NCBI GenBank assembly: GCA_041661405.1
Contig: JBAZUL010000001.1
Coordinates: forward strand, 92,403 to 156,402
DNA length: 64,000 nucleotides
Source: Patescibacteria group bacterium
GTDB lineage: Bacteria > Patescibacteriota > Patescibacteriia > Patescibacteriales > JBAZCA01
Direction of reading: 5' to 3'
Made by a program: the position numbers and the translations under genes
Part shown: piece after piece, positions 34,588 to 44,560 of the stretch
Numbering within the stretch: the stretch's first letter is position 1
How the letters are laid out: each line of letters starts with the position of its first letter
The notes under the pieces: generated by a model
Told to the model about the DNA's origin: nothing
The model's input: only the letters and a program-made list of their open reading frames with translations
Databases searched by the model: none

Positions 34588-35802
34588 TTATGAAAGGGAA
34601 ATTTTTATAAATTGCCTTTTACCCCTCTGGATAATCATCCCGTCTTTCAGTTCAATGCTTTTAAAAGGGTCTCTTACGGCTTCGCCGCTGATTTTTATTC
34701 CTCCCTGCTCAATAAGCCTTCGAGCCTCCCCCTTGCTAACGGATAAATTTGTTTTTACGAGCAACTCAATAATGTTCCATGTTCCATGTTCCATGTTCCA
34801 TTCTTTAATTTCATCCGGAATTTCCTTTTTTTGGACGGTTTTTATAAAATGCTTTTCGGCTTTTTTCGCCTTCCCTTCCCTGTGTATTATTTTAGTGATT
34901 TCCAGAGCCAGTTTCATTTTTAAATCGCGCGGATTAACGCCCGAATCCTTCAGCTGTTCCTGGATTTTTTTAATTTCATTAAAAGAAATTTTAGTCGCGA
35001 GTTCAAAAGCGGCGCCGATTACGCCGTCCGGCCAGCTCATTACCTGGCCGTAGACGTTTTCCGGGGTTTCGCTCATGAATATGGCGTTGCCTTCGGTTTT
35101 CCCCATTTTTACTCCACCCGGATCAGCGAGTAATTTTGTCGTTAAAACGTATTTTTCCTTATTTTTCATGGTTCGCAGGAGATCGCGTCCGCAGAGCATG
35201 TTAAACATCTGGTCGTTCCCGCCGATTTCCAGATCAACATCCATGGCGACTGAATCATAGCCCTGGGCGATTGGATAAAGGAACTCGTGGAAGTGAATCG
35301 GCTTTTCCTCTTTCATTCTAACTTGGAACATATCGCGCTGAATCATCTGCTGAACCGTAAAATTGGAGGTGATTTCAATTAAATCCTTAAAAGTAATTTT
35401 GTCCGACCATTTGGAATTGTACATCACCTTGGCCGGATTCTCGCCCTTGAAATTCAGGTAGGCCGCGGCCTGTTTTTTATAGTTTTTGGCGTTAGCGCGC
35501 ACCTCAACACGGGTAAGTTTTTTCCGGGTGGCTTTTTTGTCGGTCGGGTCGCCGATCATGCCGGTAAAATCGCCTATTAGAAAAATAACTTCATGACCGA
35601 GCTCCTGGAACTGCCTTAATTTATTTAACTGGATGGCGTTGCCGATATGGAGAGCCGGAGCGCTCGGATCAAAACCGCAATAAAGTCGGATTCTTTGGCC
35701 GGACATAAGGACTTTTTCCAAGGCCTCATAAGACGGGAAAATTTTTTCCACTCCCCGGGTTAATACTTCCTTAATTTTTTCCTGGTTAGTTATAGTTGCC
35801 AT
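34588..35802 (-). CDS. tyrS: Tyrosine--tRNA ligase
   Basis: GFDPSAPALHIGN (HIGH), KMGKTEGN (KMSKS) and a C-terminal S4 domain. Confidence 0.93.
   Translation of the reverse strand: MATITNQEKIKEVLTRGVEKIFPSYEALEKVLMSGQRIRLYCGFDPSAPALHIGNAIQLNKLRQFQELGHEVIFLIGDFTGMIGDPTDKKATRKKLTRVEVRANAKNYKKQAAAYLNFKGENPAKVMYNSKWSDKITFKDLIEITSNFTVQQMIQRDMFQVRMKEEKPIHFHEFLYPIAQGYDSVAMDVDLEIGGNDQMFNMLCGRDLLRTMKNKEKYVLTTKLLADPGGVKMGKTEGNAIFMSETPENVYGQVMSWPDGVIGAAFELATKISFNEIKKIQEQLKDSGVNPRDLKMKLALEITKIIHREGKAKKAEKHFIKTVQKKEIPDEIKEWNMEHGTWNIIELLVKTNLSVSKGEARRLIEQGGIKISGEAVRDPFKSIELKDGMIIQRGKRQFIKISLS
34772..34799. repeat. Perfect 7-nt tandem repeat (ATGTTCC)x4 inside tyrS
   Basis: Read directly. It encodes EWNMEHGTWNI just before the S4 domain. 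Confidence 0.9.
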
Positions 35803-35944
35803 AAAGATAAGATTTTGCCTCAGATTATCAATAATTATGGGTTTATTTTAGCGGAAAAATTATTAATGCGCAATCCCTTCCGGCCAAAATCGCGGTCCGT
35901 ATTTCAATCTTGTGTTTTTTTGTTTTAATGATTAGAATAGAAAT

Positions 35945-36289
35945 ATGGCTAAACAGATTTTAATTATCATCGGAATAATCGCGGCCGGCGCTCTTGGCTA
36001 TCTGCTTTTGTTTGATAAAAAAGCCGCCGCCAAGACCATTCTTTATTTTGGCGACACCTGCCCGCATTGCGAAAACGTTGAAAAATACATAAAAGATAAT
36101 GGCATTGACAATAAAATTGAAATTGTGAGAAAGGAAGTTTATGAGAATCAGGCAAACGCCCGGGAAATGGCTAAAAGAGCCGAACAATGCGGCCTGCCAA
36201 CCGATAAGATCGGCGTGCCTTTTTTGTGGGATAATAATCAGTGCGTTTTAGGCGATCAGCCGATTATTGAATATCTGGGAAAGAAATAA
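35945..36289 (+). CDS. Membrane-anchored glutaredoxin/thioredoxin-fold protein (CPHC)
   Basis: An N-terminal TM helix, then ILYFGDTCPHCENVEKYI and GVPFLW, typical of the Grx/NrdH fold. Confidence 0.65.
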   Translation: MAKQILIIIGIIAAGALGYLLLFDKKAAAKTILYFGDTCPHCENVEKYIKDNGIDNKIEIVRKEVYENQANAREMAKRAEQCGLPTDKIGVPFLWDNNQCVLGDQPIIEYLGKK

Positions 36290-36312
36290 TTTTTGGGAGC
36301 AACTTAAAATTT

Positions 36313-36816
36313 ATGCGGAAAGCTTTTTACATAATATTACCAGGGCTGGCATTTTTTAAAGCCGCCGCCGTGAGCGCCATCTGTCCGCTTTGCACGGTCA
36401 CGGTCGTCGCGGCTACCGGATTGTCGCGCTGGCTTGGGATTGATGACGTAATTTCCGGACTTTGGATCGGCGGGGTGACAATTTCCATGATTGTCTGGAC
36501 GCTTGATTATTTCGGAAAAAAGAATTGGCGTTTTAAGTATGACATTCCCGTCGTCTGGCTCGGTTATTATGTTTTGATTTACGCCTCGCTGATTTTCGGC
36601 GACCTGGTCTTTCATCCGGGCAATATTCTCTGGGGAATTGACAAACTTATTTTAGGGGTTATTATCGGCAGTATCTTTTTCATAACAGCGGTTTATGGTT
36701 ATGAATATTTAAAAAAGAAAAACCAGGGCAAAGCCCATTTTCCTTACGAAAAAGTCGCTATGCCGGTCGGTACGCTTTTAGTTTTAAGCGGAATATTTTA
36801 TTTTATCACGAGATGA
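36313..36816 (+). CDS. Polytopic membrane protein with N-terminal CPLC motif
   Basis: Signal-like N-terminus, AICPLCTV, and at least 4 predicted TM helices. No family recognised. Confidence 0.45.
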   Translation: MRKAFYIILPGLAFFKAAAVSAICPLCTVTVVAATGLSRWLGIDDVISGLWIGGVTISMIVWTLDYFGKKNWRFKYDIPVVWLGYYVLIYASLIFGDLVFHPGNILWGIDKLILGVIIGSIFFITAVYGYEYLKKKNQGKAHFPYEKVAMPVGTLLVLSGIFYFITR

Positions 36817-37355
36817 ATTCTGCGAAATATATGGACAGCCAAAAATTAAACGAGTTCATAACAAAAGTTGATAACATGAAAAAACAGGACAAAATGGATT
36901 TGTCTTCGGATCAGGATTTATCAATTGCCATTATGAATTTAGTGAGCATAGAAGAGCATTTTTTCTTTACCGGCGCGAAACTCGGAAAGCCGGAATATTT
37001 TAATTTACTGCAGGAAGCCCGGGCAATGCGCGGCGAACTTTTAAAAAAAATCGTAAAGAATCCGCAGGGCGAAGAGTGGTGCATATCAAAGCATCTTTTA
37101 GCCGCCTCCATGCGCTTGATGGAAGTCGGCACCAAACAGCATAAAATGGGAAGAAAGGAAGACGCTGAAGATTTATTTCAAAAGGCCTACAACCTGTATT
37201 CGCTTTTTTGGGGACTGAATTTAAAAGTGATTAATACCGATGGCATTAGGAAAATAGACGATGACGCGGTCAATAAGCATGACAAAGAGAAGAAAGGGTT
37301 TATGGGAAAATTAGGGGAACTGGTAAAAAAAGCGATTGATTGCTGCATTGAGTGA
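36813..37355 (+). CDS. Hypothetical soluble helical protein
   Basis: 180-aa ORF overlapping the upstream stop by 4 bp. No motif recognised. Confidence 0.45.
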   Translation: MNSAKYMDSQKLNEFITKVDNMKKQDKMDLSSDQDLSIAIMNLVSIEEHFFFTGAKLGKPEYFNLLQEARAMRGELLKKIVKNPQGEEWCISKHLLAASMRLMEVGTKQHKMGRKEDAEDLFQKAYNLYSLFWGLNLKVINTDGIRKIDDDAVNKHDKEKKGFMGKLGELVKKAIDCCIE

Positions 37356-37383
37356 CTGAATTGATAATTAAGCGCAGTAAAGT

Positions 37384-37418
37384 AAAACATCCCCTGACTA
37401 ATCTTGAGGATGTTTTTT
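37384..37418 (+). terminator. Terminator after the 36.8-37.4 kb gene
   Basis: aaaacatcc...ggatgtttttt. Confidence 0.55.
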
Positions 37419-37451
37419 AGCCCAAGAACTTTTAATGAATAACATGTCTTT

Positions 37452-38822
37452 ATGATGAAAAAAATTATTATACCTATCAAAGGCATGCACTGCAAATCCT
37501 GCGAAATGCTTATTGAGGACAAACTCTCAAGAATCAGCGGCGTAAAGGAATCAAAAATTAACCATAAAACCGGCTCGGCGGAAATTTATTATGGAGCCGC
37601 TAAGCCTAAAGGCGCTGAAATTGAAGAAGCCATTAGTTCTGCCGGCTACGCGATCGGCGAGGAAAAAAAACCGGGCTGGATAAATAAAAACCCTGGCGAC
37701 TATAAAGATTTAGGTATTGCTTTTGTTTTCTTATTGGGGATATATTTTGTCCTGAAAAGTTTCGGGCTGACAAATATTTCCATAAGCGGCGCGGGCGAGG
37801 ATCCGGAAAGTTTCGGCGTAGTGCTCTTAGTCGGCTTGACCGCCGGATTTTCTTCTTGCATGGCCTTGGTCGGCGGCCTGGTTCTCGGAGCGTCAACCAA
37901 ATTCGCCGAAAAGCATCCGGGGGCGAGCGCCCTGGAAAAGTTTAAACCGCATATATTTTTTAATCTGGGGAGGATTATCGGCTTTGCCGCGCTCGGGGGA
38001 GCCTTGGGCGCGCTCGGCTCCATCTTCCAGTTTTCCAGTTTCAGTCTTGGGATTCTTACTATTCTCGTCGGTCTCGTCATGCTCGTAATGGGACTGCAAC
38101 TTATTAATATCTTCCCCCGTCTAAGTAATATTAAGATTGCCTTGCCAAAAGCCGTGAGCCGGGCGCTTGGCATCAAAGGCGATAGCGGTTATAGTCATAA
38201 AGGCGCGGCGCTATTAGGCGCGTTTACTTTTTTTCTCCCTTGCGGCTTTACCCAGGCCATGCAATTATTTGCCGTTTCCACCGGTAATTTTTTAGTCGGC
38301 GCTTTGGTGATGGGAATTTTCGCGATCGGCACCGCGCCCGGGCTTTTAGGGATTGGAGGCCTTACATCAATTGTCAAAGGAGTTTTTGCCAAAAGATTTT
38401 TTAAGCTGGCCGGAATCCTGGTTATTATTTTCGCTTTCTTTAACTTTACTAGCGGCTGGAATTTAACCGGTATTTCTATCGGTTCGTCAGACGAAAGAAC
38501 CAATGCCAATGCCGAGACTAGCGATCCCAACGTTAGTCTGGAAGACGGCATCCAGATCGTCCGGATGGCCGAAGTCGCGAACGGCTACGAGCCGAACATA
38601 TTTACCATTAAAAAAGGTGTGCCGGTTAAATGGATTATTGACGCGAAGGCTCCTTATTCGTGCGCTTCTTCTTTAGTCCTGCCGAAACAAAACATCAGAA
38701 AGCAATTAAAAGCCGGAGAAAATATCATTGAGTTCACGCCGACTGAAATCGGAGCTTTGAAATTTTCCTGTTCCATGGGCATGTACACCGGAGTATTTAA
38801 TGTTATTGATGATAAAAAATAA
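37452..38822 (+). CDS. HMA domain - DsbD_2/TauE-like permease - cupredoxin-like domain fusion
   Basis: N-terminal GMHCKSCEMLIE, a polytopic core with FFLPCGFTQAMQLF, and a C-terminal beta domain with conserved Cys/Met (YSCASSL, FSCSMGMYTG). Confidence 0.7.
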   Translation: MMKKIIIPIKGMHCKSCEMLIEDKLSRISGVKESKINHKTGSAEIYYGAAKPKGAEIEEAISSAGYAIGEEKKPGWINKNPGDYKDLGIAFVFLLGIYFVLKSFGLTNISISGAGEDPESFGVVLLVGLTAGFSSCMALVGGLVLGASTKFAEKHPGASALEKFKPHIFFNLGRIIGFAALGGALGALGSIFQFSSFSLGILTILVGLVMLVMGLQLINIFPRLSNIKIALPKAVSRALGIKGDSGYSHKGAALLGAFTFFLPCGFTQAMQLFAVSTGNFLVGALVMGIFAIGTAPGLLGIGGLTSIVKGVFAKRFFKLAGILVIIFAFFNFTSGWNLTGISIGSSDERTNANAETSDPNVSLEDGIQIVRMAEVANGYEPNIFTIKKGVPVKWIIDAKAPYSCASSLVLPKQNIRKQLKAGENIIEFTPTEIGALKFSCSMGMYTGVFNVIDDKK

Positions 38823-38839
38823 TTTACTAACTTAAAAAT

Positions 38840-39049
38840 ATGGCGACCATAAAATTTCGCATTAAGAATTTTAATTGCAAGGCTTGCATAGAACTTTCCC
38901 AATCAATGATTTTGGAAATTGAAGGCGTAAAAGCGGTTAACATAAAAGGTATGGGCGGTGAAACCGAAGTCGCGGCCGAACGGGAAATATCTCTGGATGA
39001 GATCAGAAAAGCTCTTGAAGGAACGAATTATGAAGTCGTGAGCCAATAA
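38840..39049 (+). CDS. copZ: HMA-domain metallochaperone (CopZ-like)
   Basis: A 69-aa ferredoxin-like fold with a CKAC metal-binding motif. Confidence 0.7.
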   Translation: MATIKFRIKNFNCKACIELSQSMILEIEGVKAVNIKGMGGETEVAAEREISLDEIRKALEGTNYEVVSQ

Positions 39050-39065
39050 TTAAGCGGATAACCTT

Positions 39066-41432
39066 ATGAAAACTTTAAAATTAGACGTAAGCGGCATGCA
39101 CTGCGCGTCTTGCGCGGCGATTATTGAGCGCAGTCTGAAAAAAACGGCTGGCGTGAAAAACGCTAGCGTGAATCTGGCTTCGGAAAAAGCCACGGTTATT
39201 TTTGATGAAAAAAAGCTGGATGCCGAATTAATAATCAAAGCGATAGAAAAGGCCGGGTACGGCGCGAAGTCCCCCGGCGGCGAAAAAGAAGAAGCGAAAA
39301 GTAAAAGAGAAGAATTAAAAAGCCAGTTTAATAAACTTTTAGCCAGCTTGATTTTATCCTTGCCGATGTTTTATTTCATGCTCATGGATTTTTTGCCCGC
39401 CTTGCCTGGCCGCGCCTCCCTGCCTTACCATGGCGTTATTTCCCTGCTTCTCACCCTTCCGATCCAATTCGTTATCGGCGCCCGATTTTACAAGGGCATG
39501 TGGTCGGCGCTCCGAATGAAAACTTTTAACATGGATTCGCTCGTTGCCATCGGCACTTCCACAGCTTTTTTTTACAGCTTGGCGAACCTCTTGATTTACG
39601 CGACAAAAACCGGTTCAGTAATCGGCCAAAACGGGGAGATGGTGCCGGATCTATATTTTGAAACTGCGGCCTTCTTAATCACTTTCGTGATACTGGGCAA
39701 ATGGCTGGAAACGCGGACTAAAGGAAAAACTTCGGATGCCATAAAAAAGCTCATGGGGCTAAAGGCGAAAACCGCGAGAGTACTTAGCGGTAGCGGCGCG
39801 GCTGATTTGCCGATTGAAGCCGTGAAAAAAGGCGATATAATAATTGTCCGGCCCGGGGAAAGCATCCCGGTTGACGGTAAAATTACTAAAGGCCATTCTT
39901 CGGTTGATGAATCCATGCTCTCCGGCGAATCCATTCCGGTTGAGAAAAACGCCGGCGACATAGTTATTGGCGGGACGATCAACAAAACCGGAAGTTTTGA
40001 ATTTAGCGTCTCAAGAGTAGGCGAAGAAACAACTTTAGCGCAAATTATCCGGGTGGTGGAAGAAGCCCAGGGTTCAAAAGCGCCGATTCAGGGTTTTGCC
40101 GACCGGATTTCGGCCTATTTTGTTCCGGCCGTGATTGGCATCGCAATCCTCACTTTCCTCGTTTGGTACTTTTTATTAAGCGCGACAATCGCTTTTTCAT
40201 TAATGGCTTTTACCGCTGTTATTGTTATTGCCTGTCCTTGCGCTTTGGGGCTCGCTACCCCGACCTCGCTCATGGTCGGAACCGGCAAGGGCGCTCAATA
40301 CGGAATTCTTATTAAAGGCGGAGAACCGCTGGAAGCGGCGCAAGGCATCAAGGCAATCGTTTTTGATAAAACCGGAACAATTACCAAAGGCAAGCCGGAA
40401 GTGACTGACGTGATTAAATTCCAAATCCCAAATTCCCTGCCTCGCCGGCCGGCAGGCAAATTCCAAAATTTGGATATTATTAAAATTGCCGCGGCTTTGG
40501 AAAATAATTCCGAACATCCGCTAGCAGAGGCTATAATTAGAAAGTCCAAAGAGGAAAACTTGGAAGTATTGCCAGTAGATAATTTTATGGCCATTCCCGG
40601 CCAGGGCGTAACCGGAGAAGTCGGCGGAAAAAAATATTATCTTGGCAACCGGAAATTGGCGGTTGAAGCGACCAAAGTGTCTTTAGGAAAATTCGAAGCC
40701 GAAATATCAAAGCTGGAAAGCGAGGGCAAAACAGTGATGGTTCTGACTGACGAAAAGGAAATTCTAGGCGCCGTAGCAGTCGCTGATACGATTCGGGAAA
40801 CTTCGCGCGAAGCGATTGAAAAGTTAAAGAAAATGGGGCTGGAAGTATATATGATTACGGGTGACAATGAAAAAACCGCCAAAGCCATAGCGAGTCAGGC
40901 CGGGATTGACAGCGTGTTGTCAGAAGTCCTGCCCGAAGACAAAGCCAGCGAAATTAAAAAATTACAGCTGGCCGGAAAAAAAGTCGCGATGGTCGGCGAC
41001 GGGATAAATGACGCTCCGGCTTTGGCGAGAGCCGATTTAGGCATTGCCATGGGCGGCGGCACGGACGTCGCCATGGAAACCGGCGGGATAATTATTATGC
41101 GAAACGACTTACGGGACGTTGTCACCGCCTTTGAGCTCTCCCGCGAAACCATGGTGAAAATAAAACAGAACATGTTTTTCGCCCTGTTCTATAACGTCAT
41201 CGGCATTCCGATTGCCGCCCGGGTGTTTATGGGCTTTAGCCTGGTCTTAAAGCCGGAACTGGCCGGCCTCGCTATGGCCTTAAGCTCCGTATCGGTAGTT
41301 TCTAATTCCCTTCTTCTCCGCCTATTCCGACCCGGAAAAAGAAATTATTTATCGCTTGCCGCGCCGATTATCATGGTCATCCTTTTTAGCTTTCTCTTTT
41401 ACGAATTCGCCAGGTTCAGTTCCGGGATGTAA
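39066..41432 (+). CDS. copA: Copper-translocating P1B-type ATPase
   Basis: [19 protein letters not shown], the CPC in TM6, DKTGTIT, SEHPLA, and [10 protein letters not shown]. Confidence 0.95.
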   Translation: MKTLKLDVSGMHCASCAAIIERSLKKTAGVKNASVNLASEKATVIFDEKKLDAELIIKAIEKAGYGAKSPGGEKEEAKSKREELKSQFNKLLASLILSLPMFYFMLMDFLPALPGRASLPYHGVISLLLTLPIQFVIGARFYKGMWSALRMKTFNMDSLVAIGTSTAFFYSLANLLIYATKTGSVIGQNGEMVPDLYFETAAFLITFVILGKWLETRTKGKTSDAIKKLMGLKAKTARVLSGSGAADLPIEAVKKGDIIIVRPGESIPVDGKITKGHSSVDESMLSGESIPVEKNAGDIVIGGTINKTGSFEFSVSRVGEETTLAQIIRVVEEAQGSKAPIQGFADRISAYFVPAVIGIAILTFLVWYFLLSATIAFSLMAFTAVIVIACPCALGLATPTSLMVGTGKGAQYGILIKGGEPLEAAQGIKAIVFDKTGTITKGKPEVTDVIKFQIPNSLPRRPAGKFQNLDIIKIAAALENNSEHPLAEAIIRKSKEENLEVLPVDNFMAIPGQGVTGEVGGKKYYLGNRKLAVEATKVSLGKFEAEISKLESEGKTVMVLTDEKEILGAVAVADTIRETSREAIEKLKKMGLEVYMITGDNEKTAKAIASQAGIDSVLSEVLPEDKASEIKKLQLAGKKVAMVGDGINDAPALARADLGIAMGGGTDVAMETGGIIIMRNDLRDVVTAFELSRETMVKIKQNMFFALFYNVIGIPIAARVFMGFSLVLKPELAGLAMALSSVSVVSNSLLLRLFRPGKRNYLSLAAPIIMVILFSFLFYEFARFSSGM
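40416..40473 (+). repeat. In-frame insert: palindrome CCTGCCTCGCCGGCCGGCAGG flanked by AAATTCCAAA-type words
   Basis: The core at 40436-40456 shares CCTGCCTCGCCGG..GGCAGGCAA with polA 6297-6316. It encodes [13 protein letters not shown] between DKTGT..VTD and SEHPLA. Confidence 0.85.
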
Positions 41433-41462
41433 GGTTCAAAGCAATATAGACTGTAAAGCATG

Positions 41463-41487
41463 CCCGGCATCCAGCCGGGTATTTTAT
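41463..41487 (+). terminator. Terminator after copA
   Basis: cccggc-atcca-gccggg followed by tattttat. Confidence 0.65.
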
Positions 41488-41491
41488 CGGC

Positions 41492-41520
41492 TTGACAGGA
41501 ATAAAAGTTTTAGATATGCT
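41492..41520 (+). promoter_or_regulatory. Candidate promoter TTGACA-17-TATGCT for the Rrf2/isc block
   Basis: -35 at 41492-41497 and -10 at 41515-41520. Confidence 0.4.
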
Positions 41521-41561
41521 TAACCCATACTTAATTGGTAGGGATTAAAATTATATAATAA

Positions 41562-41957
41562 ATGAAATTTTCAACCAAGGCGGAATACGGGTTAAAGGCG
41601 ATTATTAATCTGGCTAACGCCTATCCGGAACAAAGAAGCATTTCCGAAATTGCCAAAGAAGAGCGAATTTCCGTTAAATATCTGGAAAGGATCATGGGTG
41701 AGTTCAGAAAAAGCGATTTGGTAAAAAGCTCTAAGGGCAAAGCCGGCGGATACGCCTTAATAAGGCAGCCTTCCCGGGTAGCGGTCGGAGAAGTAATTGA
41801 AATTGTTGAAGGGCCGATTTCACCGATGAAGTGCGTGGGCATGGATTGCGCGAAAAAACATATCTGTCCTTCCGGCAGAGTCTGGACAAAGCTCGGAGCG
41901 CAGATAAAAAAAACTTTATATGGGATTAAGCTTAGCGAATTAATTAGAAGTAATTAG
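41562..41957 (+). CDS. Rrf2 family transcriptional regulator (IscR-like, three clustered Cys)
   Basis: MKFSTKAEYGLKAIINLA, a wHTH, and the Cys cluster CVGMDCAKKHIC. Confidence 0.8.
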   Translation: MKFSTKAEYGLKAIINLANAYPEQRSISEIAKEERISVKYLERIMGEFRKSDLVKSSKGKAGGYALIRQPSRVAVGEVIEIVEGPISPMKCVGMDCAKKHICPSGRVWTKLGAQIKKTLYGIKLSELIRSN

Positions 41958-42071
41958 TTAGTCGGTTCAAATAATTTAATAAATTATTTTGACATAAACG
42001 TTGCGAGCGGAACGACATACCCCGTCCTCTTACGGCGAGGTAATTGATTTTTTACGCCCAAATTAAATTAT

Positions 42072-42734
42072 ATGGCAGAAAGACAATTTGAATACCATGA
42101 TAGAGAATACCAAGCTTCTCGTCATGAGTATGTCGAAAGAATAAGAAAAATTGTTGAACGCGGACTCCCCAGACCAAAACCCGACTGGAATATGGTTTGG
42201 GTGCTGGGTGGACCTGAAGAAAAATTTGAAGACCCAGGCGAAGATAGGCAAATTAACCAAACAAAAAATAGATTTGAAACAGGCATAGACATCGCAAAAA
42301 TGGTTGCTAAACTTCGTGCCGGCGAGACGTCAAATAATGCTAAACTACCCGACATTACCAATCTATATCCCCATATCTACTTTAACGGCAGGGACGAACA
42401 AAACGACTATATCAGAAAAATGATATCAGAGAAAGTGTTTGAAGAAAAATACTCTTTTCCTTCGGAGAAAATAATTGTCTCACCGAATCAAGGAATTAAG
42501 CACACAGGGGATCAGTTTTCGCTATTTCCGAAGGAGTATATGCCCGACAAAGGAAAATTAGTGACAGTGACTGATCTATACCATATTCCACGCGTAGAAA
42601 AGTATTTTAAAAAATATTTGATAGATCATGAAAAAATAGTCATGTACCAAGCAACGCCTACAATTCTGCCGGTACAAAGAGCGTTATCCGAAGCAAAAAA
42701 AATATTCCCATACCTACAGCAAGGCATTCTATAA
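42072..42734 (+). CDS. Hypothetical protein, DUF218/YdcF-like
   Basis: VWVLGG and VTVTDLYHIPRVEKYF resemble the DUF218 motifs. The gene interrupts an otherwise standard Rrf2-iscS-iscU arrangement. Confidence 0.35.
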   Translation: MAERQFEYHDREYQASRHEYVERIRKIVERGLPRPKPDWNMVWVLGGPEEKFEDPGEDRQINQTKNRFETGIDIAKMVAKLRAGETSNNAKLPDITNLYPHIYFNGRDEQNDYIRKMISEKVFEEKYSFPSEKIIVSPNQGIKHTGDQFSLFPKEYMPDKGKLVTVTDLYHIPRVEKYFKKYLIDHEKIVMYQATPTILPVQRALSEAKKIFPYLQQGIL

Positions 42735-42866
42735 AGTTAGTATAGCTCGCAAACATTTACAATTTCTACTGCGGAACTCGTCCCGCCAGCCCGCCCGCCC
42801 GCGGGCGGGATTCAGACAGTCCTCGCACGAAATTGCAAATATTTTTGCTCGCTATTAAATAAAAAC

Positions 42867-44117
42867 ATGACTAAAAAGAAAATATACTTAGACCACGGAG
42901 CGACAACGCCGGTTGATAAGGAGGTCTTAGAGGCCATGCTTCCCTATTTTAGCGAGAAGTACGGCAACGCGGCTTCGCATCATTTTTTTGGCAAAGACGG
43001 CTGTAAGGCGGTGGAAGCGGCGCGCAACGAGGCGGCGATATTTTTTCACGCTAACCCCGAAGAAATAATTTTTACGAGCGGCGCGACCGAATCCAATAAT
43101 TTAGCGGTCAAAGGAATTATAAAACGGGCGAAAATTGAAGGCGCGAAACCCCATATCATTACCACCGCTTTTGAGCATCATTGCGTATTGGACGCCTGCG
43201 GAGCGATGCAAAAAGAGGGTTTGGCGGAAGTGACTTTTCTTAATCCGGAAGCCGATGGCGTCATAAGCGTGAAGAGCGTGGAAGAAGCTATAAAGCCGAA
43301 TACGGTTTTAATATCCGTTATGTATGTTAATAATGAAATCGGAACGCTCCAGCCGATTGCCGCAATCGGTGCTATGATAAAAAAGGAAAACGCCAGCCGG
43401 GAGAATAAAATATACTTCCATACCGACGCCACCCAGGCCGTTAACTATTTTAATTGCGATGTGGATGATTTGGGCGTTGATATGTTATCCATGTCCGCCC
43501 ATAAAATTTACGGGCCCAAAGGCGTTGGTTTGCTCTATATTCGCAAAGGCACGCTGATCGCGAGGATCCAGGACGGCGGCGATCATGAAGGAGGAAAGCG
43601 GGCCGGAACCTTAAACGTCCCGGGAATCGTTGGTCTCGGCAAAGCTTTGGAACTTGCCGGAAAAAACAATAAAAAGGACGCCAAGAAAATCGCCAAATTA
43701 AGAGATAGGCTAATTGACCGGGCGCTCGCTGAAATACCGGATACTTTTTTAAACGGGTCGCGCGAGTTTCGTTCTCCTAATAACGCGAATATCAGTTTTA
43801 GGAATGTTGAAGGCGAAAGCCTTTTGATGCTTTTAGACATGGCCGGTATAGCGGTCTCTACCGGCTCGGCCTGCTCGTCCGATTCTTTGGCGCCGTCGCA
43901 TGTATTACTCGCTATTGGCCGCAAAGCTGAAGAAGCTCACGGCTCTATCCGGATGACTTTGGGAAAAAATAATACTGAAGAAGAGATTGATTACACGGTT
44001 GAAAAATTAAAAGAATCAGCGGAAAAAATCAGGAAAATTTCCGGGCAGGTTTTAGATGATTTTTATAAAGCAAAGGAGAAAGGCGTTGTGGAAGAAGAGC
44101 ATGAACGTAGGCATTAA
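42867..44117 (+). CDS. iscS: Cysteine desulfurase (NifS/IscS class I)
   Basis: SGATESNN, HTDATQA, SAHKIYGPKGVG (PLP lysine), and SSGSACSS. Confidence 0.92.
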   Translation: MTKKKIYLDHGATTPVDKEVLEAMLPYFSEKYGNAASHHFFGKDGCKAVEAARNEAAIFFHANPEEIIFTSGATESNNLAVKGIIKRAKIEGAKPHIITTAFEHHCVLDACGAMQKEGLAEVTFLNPEADGVISVKSVEEAIKPNTVLISVMYVNNEIGTLQPIAAIGAMIKKENASRENKIYFHTDATQAVNYFNCDVDDLGVDMLSMSAHKIYGPKGVGLLYIRKGTLIARIQDGGDHEGGKRAGTLNVPGIVGLGKALELAGKNNKKDAKKIAKLRDRLIDRALAEIPDTFLNGSREFRSPNNANISFRNVEGESLLMLLDMAGIAVSTGSACSSDSLAPSHVLLAIGRKAEEAHGSIRMTLGKNNTEEEIDYTVEKLKESAEKIRKISGQVLDDFYKAKEKGVVEEEHERRH

Positions 44118-44164
44118 CGATAACAGTATTAACCAATTAACTAATTAACCAACTAACAAATAGC

Positions 44165-44536
44165 ATGCAGTATTCAAAAAAACTAATTGACCATTTTACC
44201 AACCCGCGCAACCAGGGACGGCTGGACAAGCCTTCGGCGACCGGCATTGTCGGCAATCCGGTTTGCGGGGATCTGATGAAAATTTATCTTGACGTAAAGG
44301 ACGGCGTGATTAATGACATTAAATTTGAAACTTTAGGCTGCGCTTCGGCCATTGCTACATCTTCCATGGTAACCGAACTCGCCAAAGGGAAAACTTTGGA
44401 TGAGGCCGAAAAGATTACGAGAAACGACGTAGCGAACGCCCTGGAAGGCCTGCCTCCGATAAAAATGCACTGCTCCAATCTCGCGGCCGACGCCCTTCGG
44501 AAGGCCATTGCGGAATATAGGGAGAAGAATAAATAA
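44165..44536 (+). CDS. iscU: Fe-S cluster assembly scaffold (IscU/NifU N-terminal type)
   Basis: GNPVCGDLMKIYL, FETLGCASAIATSS and MHCSNLAADAL, providing three ligand Cys. Confidence 0.92.
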   Translation: MQYSKKLIDHFTNPRNQGRLDKPSATGIVGNPVCGDLMKIYLDVKDGVINDIKFETLGCASAIATSSMVTELAKGKTLDEAEKITRNDVANALEGLPPIKMHCSNLAADALRKAIAEYREKNK

Positions 44537-44560
44537 AATTAAATTTATATACAAAAATCG

